A stretch of 33,967 bases of DNA, the filler included, from Piptocephalis cylindrospora (taxonomy: Eukaryota): assembly GCA_003614145.1 (NCBI GenBank). It is 16 parts of 16 records of this genome, joined end to end, with 100 filler letters (N's around TTAATTAATTAA, not from the genome) between each part and the next. Parts side by side here need not be neighbours in the genome. Positions count along the whole stretch, not along the records: positions 1 to 2,076 come from KZ989093.1; positions 2,177 to 4,219 come from KZ989094.1; positions 4,320 to 6,361 come from KZ989095.1; positions 6,462 to 8,502 come from KZ989096.1; positions 8,603 to 10,642 come from KZ989097.1; positions 10,743 to 12,777 come from KZ989098.1; 10 more parts are not named here. One strand, given 5' to 3'. Below, in pieces: positions 1-11,312 of this stretch. Under the pieces are notes generated by a model that saw only the letters and a list, made by a program, of their open reading frames with translations, was not told the DNA's origin and made no database searches. The position numbers and the translations under genes were made by a program. Within the stretch, counting starts at the first letter, position 1. The number at the start of each line of letters is the position of its first letter.

Positions 1-663
1 TGACCTAGTCCAACGAACCACATCCCTTTCTTCCATATAGATCTTCCACCTGGCCGTATGTGAGTAGTAGTAGTAGTAAATAGCGAAATGTGCCTGAGCC
101 GTAATATGTGAGGCAGTCAATAGCTCAATTTGTGCAAAATGAAGGGTAATTTTGTTCAATTTCCGAATGTGTGTTCTTGGATCACACCTACTGGAACCGT
201 GTGTGTGGGAGGAGTTCGGACCGAACCAGATCATGCCGCGCATCTCCCCCCTCCCCCACTCCCACCCACACAACAACCCCTCCCTTCCGCTCCCACTCCT
301 GCTCTTCTCCCCTCCCTCGCGTCAGGACCAGCCGGGAATCCACGGGTACGCGGAGAGAGAGGATGGAGTGCGGCGTAACGACGCGCGAAATGGCACTCAC
401 CCTTTCCTCTCATCACTACTTGCCATGGCCAGGCAACCACCCTTGACTAGGTGAGGGAAACCATAGCCCCCTTCTTCGTGTCGTGTTCTCCTCTCACCCA
501 TAAGAGAGGAGCAAGGGAATTCGGCCCTCAGTCTCCCCACTTCTCCCTCCCTCTTTCTTTCCCTTCCCCTTTTTTCCACCTTTGGACCTTGTGTGGTCAC
601 AACAAGCCCCCTCCTCTTCTTCCTCTAGTCCGCTCACCCTCCTTCACCCTTACCTTTGCGACA

Positions 664-778
664 GTAAGCCCACTTTTCTCCATTTCTTTTCTCGCTTTCA
701 CTTCACTACTCAACCCATCACCTCCGTATCCCCCCCTCCCTCCCTCGCTCTATCACTTCCCTTCTCCTTTCCACGTAG
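664..778 (+). other. Probable 5'-UTR intron of ADK1
   Basis: GTAAGC donor at 664, pyrimidine-rich interior, and TAG acceptor ending at 778 directly before the ATG at 779. Confidence 0.55.
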
Positions 779-1546
<768 letters not shown>

Positions 1547-2076
1547 GTTCCCCCTCTCGACCAGACGATCTCCTGAGCTGGGTGATGAATATCCGCATGA
1601 ACGTAAGAAAGAGAAATGTGGTGAGGAAGGGCTTGCAGGAGATATGGATGAAGGAAAAAGTAGATGACCTTTTTTTGTTTGACGCGTGTGTGTGTTCATG
1701 CTACTTCTATGGCCCTTGTACATGTAGGTGCTTTGACTACCAGATGTCAAGGCCCTATTCCATAGAAAAACATGATAGATCCTCCCAGCACTACCGACAG
1801 GTCATACTTTACCTTTCATATGTATTGATGACAAGTTTCTTTCCTTCTCTTCTCCTAAATATCCGCTCTCTTACACAGCCCGCTTGCCCTTGGCACTCCC
1901 TCCCTGAATGGATGGCGCGGCTTGAGAAAGGGGAGAATCGTAAATGTTACAGTAAAAGAGCCGACAGGGCGTTCGACCCACATTGCGCAATTGATACTGG
2001 TTCACTACAGGGAAGGGAAGAGGGATGGTTCAGAGCAACACTCTCATCCCTCCCTATTCCCCTTCATACATACTGG

Positions 2077-2176
2077 NNNNNNNNNNNNNNNNNNNNNNNN
2101 NNNNNNNNNNNNNNNNNNNNTTAATTAATTAANNNNNNNNNNNNNNNNNNNNNNNNNNNNNNNNNNNNNNNNNNNN
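2077..2176. other. Artificial contig-joining spacer (44 N + TTAATTAATTAA + 44 N); first of 15 identical copies
   Basis: The same 100-bp block, with stops in all six frames, recurs at 4220-4319, 6362-6461, 8503-8602, 10643-10742, 12778-12877, 14910-15009, 17037-17136, 19164-19263, 21289-21388, 23412-23511, 25528-25627, 27643-27742, 29758-29857 and 31867-31966. Confidence 0.99.
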
Positions 2177-2231
2177 GTCTTTAACACCTTCGACCCCACC
2201 CCATCCCATCTCCTATCGTACCATATAAGCC
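2177..2231. repeat. 55-bp exact terminal inverted repeat, left copy (partner 4165-4219)
   Basis: GTCTTTAACACC...CATATAAGCC is the exact reverse complement of the last 55 bp of the same contig. Confidence 0.95.
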
Positions 2232-2781
2232 GTGACAAAGTTGTCCTTGAGCGCCACCTCTGTCACCTCCTCAAAGTACTCTACAAAAACATGGTAGACC
2301 GAGTAGAGCAATTCAAACACGACCAGTGGGCTTGCTATATAGGGAGTACAGAGGGAGTATGAATTATCTTTGCAGATCGTGTCCCATCCCAATCCCATTC
2401 CATACCTTCCTTTCGGACCTCGGCAACATACAAAAGCCCCTCTCGGCTAAAGTGAACAAAGGTCTGTCGACCGGAATTCAATATTGTATCTGGGCGCGTT
2501 TGACTTGACCCGGGTCCTGTGTTGTTGGAGGCCGCCTCGTACAATTCAAGGAACGAGTCCACCGGTGTAAGTCCTGGGAGAATACCTCCAAGATCCCGCT
2601 TATCCCCTCCTCCTTCCTCCTCCTCCTCTTGATGATCCTCCCTTTCCACCCAGTACTTTTCCAGGAGTGGGCGTCTATCGTACACAGGTGTCAGTTGAGG
2701 CAGTGTACTTTATCTAGACCCATTATCCCCTAAGCTTTCTTACTTTGAGGACCCAATCAGGACGTGAAAGCTACGTAACAT
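2222..2781 (-). CDS. APM3: AP-3 adaptor complex mu subunit, N-terminal longin-like part (3'-partial)
   Basis: Spliced by eye: exons 2781-2744, 2674-2406 and 2334-2222 with GT-AG introns. This gives MLRSFHVLIGSSKRPLLEKYW...FVHFSREGLLYVAEVRKEASPLVVFELLYSVYHVFVEYFEEVTEVALKDNFVTAYM, which matches mu3 motifs (LEKHW; PLxVxEFLxxVxxxFxxYF...IKxNxVxxY). A further intron starts at 2221 and runs off the contig. Confidence 0.82.
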
Positions 2782-3075
2782 CGTGAGGTGAATGGTATGG
2801 CGCTAGTGTAGTCAGATAGGAGGAGAGTGGAATTAAAAGGAACTTTCCCAGGTCTCTTTGTCCTCTCATGTGCATTTTAAAGGGTCAGGTCGGAGCAGAA
2901 TGAATCGTGGACGCGCGTTCCTTTCAAGTCACTCGAGATTGAATTCAATGGTGTTGGTGTTGTTAAATAGTAATACTCATATGACACGGACACATATATT
3001 CCCATCCAAAATGTCACGGACACATTCATAATCCCCTCCATCTCCCTCAAAAGAAAACCACGGGGTACACACGCC

Positions 3076-3828
3076 TCACCGAACAAACTTGGCATAAAAG
3101 ACAAGGATGATCAGGGCCACAAGGACAAGGATAATGGCAATGCTGATCAAACGATTCGTCACCATCCGTCGAGCCATGCCCTTCAAGGTACGTTGGGCCC
3201 GATCCACGTACGAATCGGCTTCTTGAAGAGTGGACCGAGTATGCTGGATCTGCTCTCGTTGAGCCCGGAGATCCCCTAGGATCCCGATCCCCAAGGTCTC
3301 TGTATCTAGGGCTAGTCGATTGGATTCCTCGAGCCTTCGGGAGGAGTCCTGAAGGCGCTGTGTTCCTCCAAGCAGTCTATCTCTCTGATCATGCGAGAGG
3401 CTATCCACATCCGTACGGGCTAGTAATTCATCCCTGTTTCCCTTTCCGTCTCCACGAGCAATCAGTCGTTTCTACGGGTTTAGGAATGAGTATGAGGGGG
3501 TGTTTGTGGATATCTGCCTATTCCCAATCAATTCACCTACCAGTTCCCGGCGTAATGCCTCCAGATCAGCACTGTGGCCTCGTAGCCGAGGCTGCAGCTG
3601 GGCCTTGAGGGAAGGTGACAGGTTGAGGATCTCCATCTCCATCTGACCAATGATCTCGTCAGCCTCCTCCAGCTCCCGTTCAGCAGCCCGGATGGTCGCC
3701 TTCCTCGGGTCACCGATCTGGTTTGGGATCTGGGACCGAACCTTGTCCCCCAAGGATCCCACCAAGAGGGAGAATTCCTGTTGGTAATTGTCAAAGAGTT
3801 CGGAGCCTCCACCAGCAGCTGAAGCCAT
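3076..3828 (-). CDS. VTI1: Qb-SNARE Vti1, about 227 aa, 2 exons
   Basis: Exons 3828-3541 and 3471-3076 (GTAGGT...TAG intron) join in frame. Habc domain SELFDNYQQEF...LEEADEIIGQMEMEI, SNARE motif ETLGIGILGDLRAQREQI, C-terminal transmembrane helix. Confidence 0.95.
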
Positions 3829-4164
3829 TTTTCAAAGAGGAGGGATAAGAAGGAAAGAGTGATTCAGGGGTGGGGAGGAAGGGGAGGAAGAGGAAGGCGC
3901 AAGGGAAAGGAGGAGGGCGGAACGTCAATTCATTATGGACCTGGGCCCACACTCCTCCCCAGCCCCTTTATACGGGCAAAGATCGAGTCTGTGTGCCGCT
4001 GCTAGCCCACGGTACATAACCTAGGGAAGGGGAAGAGAGTCATGCGCCCCATTAAACAAGTGCAGCACAGGGCTGAGCGCATCAACACACCATCTCCTCA
4101 GGGGGAATAAGATGCATCTGTTTTTTTAAGGCGCGGGTACATTTCAAATCATAGCACCTTTCAA

Positions 4165-4219
4165 GGCTTATATGGTACGATAGGAGATGGGATGGGGTGG
4201 GGTCGAAGGTGTTAAAGAC
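4165..4219. repeat. 55-bp exact terminal inverted repeat, right copy (probably the chimeric one)
   Basis: Reverse complement of 2177-2231, which is exon/intron sequence of APM3. Confidence 0.95.
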
Positions 4220-4319
4220 NNNNNNNNNNNNNNNNNNNNNNNNNNNNNNNNNNNNNNNNNNNNTTAATTAATTAANNNNNNNNNNNNNNNNNNNNNNNNN
4301 NNNNNNNNNNNNNNNNNNN

Positions 4320-4509
4320 CGCCGCCAAAGCCTCCTCGTACCGCTTCTTCCTTCGCTCCGTGGCTTCACGCTTCGGCCTTTCATCCTCCTCCCAATCATC
4401 CTCTTCACTATAATGCTCCTCACAATCGCTGGCCTCGTCGTTCTCCTCACCCTCGGCCTCTTCACAATCGTCGTCATCCCCGTTCTCATTGTCATCATCC
4501 CCCTCGTCG

Positions 4510-4543
<34 letters not shown>

Positions 4544-4859
4544 CATCCTCATCCTCATCATCATCATCATCGCTCTCATCATCTTCATCATCTTCGCTCT
4601 CATCATCATCCTCATCATCGCTCTCATCTTTCTCATCGTTCTCACCTTCATCATCGTCCCCACTGTCATTTTCATCCTTTCCTGTGGAGTAGGCCCTCTT
4701 CCTCAAACTGGAGGATTGATTCCTGGACCAGGGCGCAGCCCCAGCACTATTGTTTTGGAAAGGGTAGTCCACAAGGGTGGCTGCCTGAGCATCATAGTTA
4801 CCGTTCTGAACGATAACTAGGGTTAAAAGGGCAAAGAGCGTGGATTTTTGGAGATACAT
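4320..4859 (-). CDS. Putative secreted Asp/Glu-rich protein (3'-partial)
   Basis: MYLQKSTLFALLTLVIVQNGNYDAQA is signal-peptide-like. It is followed by an LRKR dibasic site and a roughly 95-aa D/E tract encoded by GAT/GAG repeats. The frame is open to the contig end. Confidence 0.65.
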
Positions 4860-6162
4860 GGTGTAAGCAGGCTTTTGTAGGGCCGTCAGACAGAGGTTGG
4901 TGAAGGAGAAGAGGATGGAAGGAGAGGGGTAATGTGGAACCAAGGAATGATAGATGGTGGATCAACCGCCACTGATGAAATTCTCTGAAGGGGAGGGGGG
5001 AAAGGATGGAATAGCCGGATTCTGGAGGCTAGTAAGATGTGGGTAAGATACTAGGGCTGCATTTATACCTGTTGACCAGTCAGCTCTCCCAAGCAGATTT
5101 CCAGAAAGTGATGGAGGGGGAAGGGCGGTCGGAGGTGTCTTTCTTGAAATGTGGGCTTCTGGAAATAAGAAGCGGTTATCCAGCACCCCGACCACCCGCC
5201 ATCCAGAAACCAGTGGGGGTGGCCTCAATGGTCGGTCATTTCATCTCCTTCCCAAACCAGCCGTGTAGACTCAGTATGGAGTTATCCATACACAAGTTTA
5301 TTGTTCGGCGGTTCCGACTGATGGCTCAATCATTGGATACTTTCAATAGAATGAACCAGTAGAAGGATTTAGTTAGGGTCCCTATCGCCAATATGGGTGT
5401 TTTTAAAGGTATGGCAACATCAACGTTTCCCGAAGTGATGGGGTTAGATAAGCTATCTGGGCGAACAAGGGAGAAAGCACCAGATGAGAGTATTTCCTGT
5501 CAGATTCAAGTTAGGGATCTGAGACTAGACCATACACAGTTGTGGAGGCTGAGTCCTAAATCATCCCACCATGCCTTGTGTCGCGACAAGGAAAATCCAT
5601 CGGACTTTTCTGCCTTATTTTCACCAACTCATTGCCTCTAAATTAGGGGCGGGCCCCAGACATTACAAGTACTTGACTCAGCCCAGCACACATCACCATA
5701 TCGCTCTTTGGCCCTGGTCAGCGCTGTCCAATGGCTGCTCATATAAGTCTTTTCTGCCTGCTACGGCCATTGTTATTAATCATCGCAATGCTTGTGTATG
5801 CACATCAAATTGGGAGTGAAAACAGACGTTGGGGTTGTGTTTGGACAATTTCCGTCCTCCTTGGCGTTTCTAGTTCCGCCTCTGACCCATCTTGTGGCCA
5901 GTGAGAAAAGCGGCCTCAATTCGAATAGTTAAACGACATGTCACTTTGAAGGATTGGTCTTCTTATTCTTACTTTTCAGCCTTTATGATCACTATGGCTT
6001 GATAGTCGTATCTGATCCTTGGCGTTTCTGTTCAACTAAAAGTAATATCATTTAGCTAGCCGAATGATCTGTATTCTTTATCTCCTCTCCTGAACAAGAT
6101 CATGACACAAGGACGCATATTTGTCCATTATAATTGTTACCTCAGCCATGATGATGAGTATC

Positions 6163-6329
6163 GGGGGGAGGGGGGGGGGGGGGGGGGCCCCCCCCCTTTA
6201 ATTTTTTATTTTTTTTTTTTTTTTTTTTGGTTTTTTTCCAAGGTTTTTTTTTTTTTTATTCATTTTTTATATTTTTTTTGGTCAAAATACTTCTCTTTTT
6301 TTATGGAAAAAAAAAAAAAAAAAAAAAAA

Positions 6330-6361
<32 letters not shown>
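6163..6361. other. Homopolymer (G, C, T, A run) contig tail, probably a low-quality sequence artefact
   Basis: Successive poly-G, poly-C, poly-T and poly-A runs immediately before a spacer. Confidence 0.75.
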
Positions 6362-6463
6362 NNNNNNNNNNNNNNNNNNNNNNNNNNNNNNNNNNNNNNN
6401 NNNNNTTAATTAATTAANNNNNNNNNNNNNNNNNNNNNNNNNNNNNNNNNNNNNNNNNNNNAC

Positions 6464-6583
6464 ATTGTTCCCGCCACCAAGTACTCTGGATCCCAGATTG
6501 GTCTTATCGACGTCAGTACCGTTACCAAGGTGGATCTCCGTTTCCTTCTCGAGGCTAAGATCATCTTTGACGCCAATGCGTAA
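6464..6583 (+). CDS. C-terminal fragment of an unidentified protein (5'-partial)
   Basis: Open from the contig start: IVPATKYSGSQIGLIDVSTVTKVDLRFLLEAKIIFDANA-stop. Codons are strongly C/T-ending and a T-rich 3'-UTR-like stretch follows. Confidence 0.5.
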   Translation: MVPATKYSGSQIGLIDVSTVTKVDLRFLLEAKIIFDANA

Positions 6584-8258
6584 GGACGCTTTGACTCTTT
6601 TTTTTTTCTCTAGGCCATATGTGGTTGCTTTCATGGCTCCCTCTACATCACTTCTTTTACCTTTCCTTTTCCCTCCTTTGACGATGTGATTATGGAAGTA
6701 TACTTGTATGAAATGCCCTATTCTTGATCTCGATACTGGGCCATCTCGTGCGTGTGTGGTACAATATACATTCTGTAGTTGTCCTACTTGAGCGTGCGTA
6801 TCTATTGGTATTGTGGGTTGATCAAACAACGGTATTGATCGGGGAGACATTGCTGTACATAGCCCTGGGGCGATCGGTTTTGAGGGAGAAAAGAGATCTA
6901 GGTGGTGGTAGCAAGGGGGAAAGAGGCGCGTGAGGTTGGGGAGGGAAAGTCAGCCCAAAGTATGCAGAGTGCGCTTCGTGAGGATAAAATACTCTCTACT
7001 TATATAGGGGCGGGATAGACTTGTTGACATGAGTGGCGAGGGTAGGATCAGTACGCGCCAAGGTCGCAAAAATGTCGTACTGTCAAAGGATTGTTTGGAA
7101 CTTTTCTCTCCTCCTTTACCTTTCCCGCCTTGTAAATAAGCGTATGGCGGCCCAGAATACTCCAAGTTCCCAGGGCATAACGTGCAATGGATCCATACAA
7201 TGAACGAGTCTTCCTTTACGTGCAAGTCTATTCCTTCCACGAGCCATATCCGTGCGAAAGGGATACTGGTCTCTTGGGAAAAGGGCTGATGTGAAGGAGA
7301 TCACGAATGCCAAGGCATTATTCTATCCAGCATATCCCTTGACCAAACATCAGGGACGATGGTGAGCTTGAGTATGAGGGCCAGCCCCTGACATATCCCA
7401 TTTCACAGGTTTAATATGAGCTTCTTGAAACGCGACTTTCTCCCATCCTTCTTCCGGAATGACCCACCATCTGACCAAATATTCTTTGTGAGGCCAAGAT
7501 GATCCACAGAAAGGTCTGGGAACTAGTATCCATGCAAGGTCATTATCATTGGTCCCTTCCTTTTTCCTCCCCTCCTAAACAAAGCCCCAGGGATTGGGCC
7601 GTACAGATGGATAATCCATCCGATATCACGTAGAATGTTATGGGACTTGAAGGACGCCCGATCAGTGGAACCATTCGTCGAGTCGCATTCATTAAAGTTT
7701 TCCCTCTCATTCCCAGCCCATCTCCTCCTGGCTCTCAGGGTCCCAGTCAGGCGTCAAGAGTGCAAGATCATCTGTCATCTCCTCCTATCTTGGTCATTTT
7801 CGCGACTACTCCACCTTGACCAATGCCCTGGTTGAGGGATCGTCGTCTTGTATCTGAAATTATCCTCACACGAACTCATCACGCTTCATCGGATTTGACT
7901 GGCCACAACCTGGGAATGCACGTTCTAAATAACAGCCCTCCAGACTGGTCGTACTCTCCCATCCCTGATGACCGTACAGGCTCTCTCTTCATTTGCTACT
8001 GGAACCAATGGTCAACCCTGTCCCGCTCTAGTGAGCGGATTCCTTGGCAAGACTCTAATGTGGGCCGGCCGTTCTAGGCGGAGATTTTGACATCCACATA
8101 CTTACACACACACCTCCTCAAACTTTCCTGGGAAAGAAGCAGTGGCCCCAGATTTTACGGTCGTCTGATAATCCCCTGTGAAGGCGTAGTAAAGAAGCCC
8201 TTGATTGGTTAATCGAGCCATTTCAGCCTCTCCTTGGGGAAGGAAGGCTGATCGTAGG

Positions 8259-8265
8259 TATAAAG
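8259..8265 (+). promoter_or_regulatory. Candidate TATA box
   Basis: TATAAAG about 160 bp upstream of the ATG at 8423, followed by a CT-rich leader. Confidence 0.45.
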
Positions 8266-8422
8266 GCGTGTGTATTTGTTCGTCTCTATCCCCCTTCCTT
8301 CCTTGCACTCCTTACCCACTCCCTCATTTCGCCTTTTATCCTCACCTTACTTGCTCATATTGCTCCATCACCCCATAATATTTCACTTACTATCCCTTTT
8401 TTTCAACCTATTACTCATAACT

Positions 8423-8502
8423 ATGAAGTTCTCTTTCTCTGCTCTTACCCTCCTCGCTGCCATCAGCACCATTGACACCGTATCCGCCTGGAGTAGTGGT
8501 GG
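8423..8502 (+). CDS. N-terminus of a secreted protein (3'-partial)
   Basis: MKFSFSALTLLAAISTIDTVSA-WSSG is a typical fungal signal peptide with a VSA cleavage site; the contig ends right after it. Confidence 0.7.
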
Positions 8503-8603
8503 NNNNNNNNNNNNNNNNNNNNNNNNNNNNNNNNNNNNNNNNNNNNTTAATTAATTAANNNNNNNNNNNNNNNNNNNNNNNNNNNNNNNNNNNNNNNNNN
8601 NNG

Positions 8604-10642
8604 TTCTCCTGCGGCCAAATTATTCACTGGATGACATCCAGTATTCCTATCTGGGGAAAGGAGGAAGCTACAGACGCGGCCATGGCGCATATACTATGTC
8701 AAGACTCAGAATTCTCCATTTTCCCCTCTAACTTTACTCAGTTACCCATATATCATTTGGTGGTGGAGCTCCTGCGGAAGGATCCTGCCAGACGTTTGAC
8801 CCTAAAGGCTCTTCAGGTATTCTGCTTTGCTTCATGATAACGTATCTAGAGCCCCTACTAATCCCTCCCTCAACTTCTTCCGTAATACCATGTAGAGAAA
8901 GTCATATTTCCGCTCTACTCTGGATACCCGAGTGGTCAATGACCTGCTCAAGGAACGCCTGGCCATTGAGGATATTGATACGGATGAGGAGAGCGGGGCA
9001 GGAACCGTGATGATCCCCGAGGAGGATGACAGTATCTTCATCAACTTTTCCCGGTATGTTCGTCATCGCGAACTACGTAGGATTTGGAGTACCAATGGAT
9101 GGGGCCGTCAGATCTCGCGTAACACCTTGATAGAGTCGTTGAAACATCACCTTGCTGTTGACACGACTGCTCTAAAAGCGCTTGATGGGTTTATGGATGA
9201 GTTCTTGCCTCTTTCATCAGAGGATGATTCGAATGCTGCAATAGGAGACCCTGTAAGCATCGAACGGATCAATCAGGCCTTTCCCAAGATAGCGTCCAAG
9301 TGCCCGCTTGGGAGCTGGATCCTTCATCAGATTTATCTCAAGAGTCAACCTCGTATTTATATGTAAGTGAAGAAATAATGTTACTACAAATTGTTCGTCT
9401 GATAAACAACTAATCCACCTTTATTGTTTCTAGGATCCAGCAAGCTCGCCAGAAAATCAAAAAATACTTGGAAGAAGAACCAGTGTACTACCTGTGTTGG
9501 CGGCACAGCATGATGACCATGACCCACCGTATAAGAGGCTCCCTTTACGCTATAGATTCGTTGAGCGATATCGACATATCAATTCGTCTTCGTGTCGTTG
9601 AAGCCATGGATATGGTCGGGTATAGAGCCCCCACTGATGATGAAGAGGAGGTACTTCGTACGCTGATTCGGTTTACAGATGAGGCGACTCAACTGTCCGC
9701 AAAGTGCGCCTCCTTTATCATTTACCCTGGTGAGGTAAGATGTTTGGGCGAGTTGCCCTTTATGCCCTAGTAGCTACTAAGAAATAATAGGTGGTTACTT
9801 AGCCTTGCATACGTCCCTTTTGAGTCTTTAGGAAGAAGATGTTGCGATGGAAAAGAGCATCCGTGACTATTTGGACCGTTGGGCCGAATGGGAGCCCAAG
9901 ATCCTCGAGATATATTCAGGATATAAGCTCAAGGATATTTCCACAGTCTTTGATGGATTGAGAGACACGAATGATACCAGGGAGGCCACGTACTTTATCC
10001 AGGAAACCGAGGCCCTCCAGGAGGAATACAAGAGGCACAACGGCACAGAGGCTGGGGAGAGGTACGAAAAGGCCTTTGCCGGGGACGTTCCATCCATGCT
10101 ATGGCTGGGGGAAGCGTACATGGATGGGGACCAGGGGCTGGAGGAAAACCAATATCTTTACTGCCTCTGGTTCCTTCGCGCAGCCATCCAGAATAACCCA
10201 AAAGCCCTCACCTACTACGGAATTGCTAGTGAATGGCACGGTTGCTCGAGGTACACGCCCGTTCTTCAGTATAACTGTTTGGATAGGGCTTATTCACTAG
10301 GCTTTCTCCCAGCCAAAGCCAAGTACGCTTGGAGTCTTGAGACAGGATATGGATGGACAATAAGCAAGGGAAGGTCAGAGAAAATTTTCCAAGAAGCGAT
10401 TGACGCCGGCTCTACCCTTGGTTACCACGGCTTGATGCTTTGCTGTAGTAGCCGCAACAGACGGAAAGATATGATACTTTACGGGGAGACCTGTCTGGAT
10501 GCAGGCCACCTTCGATGCTACAGCGATTTAATCACCTCACTCCTTCGGTACGATACAAGCGATGATGAGGAACGGCAATCTGACTATGCCAAAGCCTACG
10601 AATACTGCATGACTCTAAAAGATCACCCAGATCTTTATTATC
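8604..10642 (+). CDS. Protein kinase C-lobe + linker + SEL1-like repeat protein (partial at both ends)
   Basis: Exons 8604-8816, 8896-9362, 9434-9734 and 9832-10642 join in frame through GT-AG introns. Exon 1 reads FSCGQIIHWMTSSIPIW...HLVVELLRKDPARRLT (kinase subdomains IX-XI). The last exon has SEL1-like units (GDVPSMLWLGEAYMDGDQGLEEN..WFLRAAIQNNPKA; AKAKYAWSLETGYG...FQEAIDAG). Confidence 0.72.
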
Positions 10643-10850
10643 NNNNNNNNNNNNNNNNNNNNNNNNNNNNNNNNNNNNNNNNNNNNTTAATTAATTAANN
10701 NNNNNNNNNNNNNNNNNNNNNNNNNNNNNNNNNNNNNNNNNNTACAGGAGGTAATAATAGATCAATACATGACAGCAAATCCCTCTATCAAGACGATCCC
10801 ACAAATGAAAATAAAATGTTAAATACTTCTCTCTCCCTCTTTCTTCAGAC

Positions 10851-11312
10851 ATGTCCTCCTCCCTCGACCGTGATATCCGTACTCTTGAAGAGGTCCAGGT
10901 GGCCACGGAGGCCACAGCCTTTTATGCTCATCAATTATAAGTACTCTTGGCTTTAGGTACTTGGTGTCTATGAAGGGGAACATCCTGTCGACTCACACTA
11001 TCCAAATACGTCACGGATATGGTCCCTCCTCCTTGCTCCTTTCTAATAATAATACAGTTCGAGATATGGAGAGGATGGTTGAGAACCTTCAACTCCTTCG
11101 AGGTATGCCCTCTTCTCTCCTATAGGGCAGGGTGAGGAAGGGACATTATGGGGTCAGGACTCCTTGACTCACTCTATCTTTTCTATCCCAGATACCAGCC
11201 AAGTGTGGAGTCAGGTGATGAAGTCATCGACCATCGCTCATGTTCGATCCGTTCCCTTTCAACATCAACATCGATCCTTGGGAGAGGAGGAGGAGGAGCA
11301 GGATACTGCATG
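10851..11312 (+). CDS. Possible small multi-exon hypothetical gene (coiled-coil-like)
   Basis: ATG at 10851 (MSSSLDRDIRTLEEVQ). The downstream exons 11058-11102 and 11192-11312 splice cleanly (RDMERMVENLQLLR/DTSQVWSQVMKSS...stop). The 5' exon structure could not be resolved. Confidence 0.3.

Noticed and set aside
2177..4219. MITE or Pack-type DNA transposon suggested by terminal inverted repeats
   Set aside because: The repeat is exactly 55 bp, lies flush with the contig ends and one copy is ordinary APM3 exon/intron sequence; no transposase or target-site duplication is visible.
4268..4820. Poly-Met, poly-Ile and poly-Ser ORFs
   Set aside because: These are alternative frames and strands of the GAT/TCA repeat that encodes the acidic protein.
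6102..6413. Phe/Lys-rich ORFs and an apparent poly-A tail or T/A hairpin
   Set aside because: They arise from homopolymer noise at a contig end.
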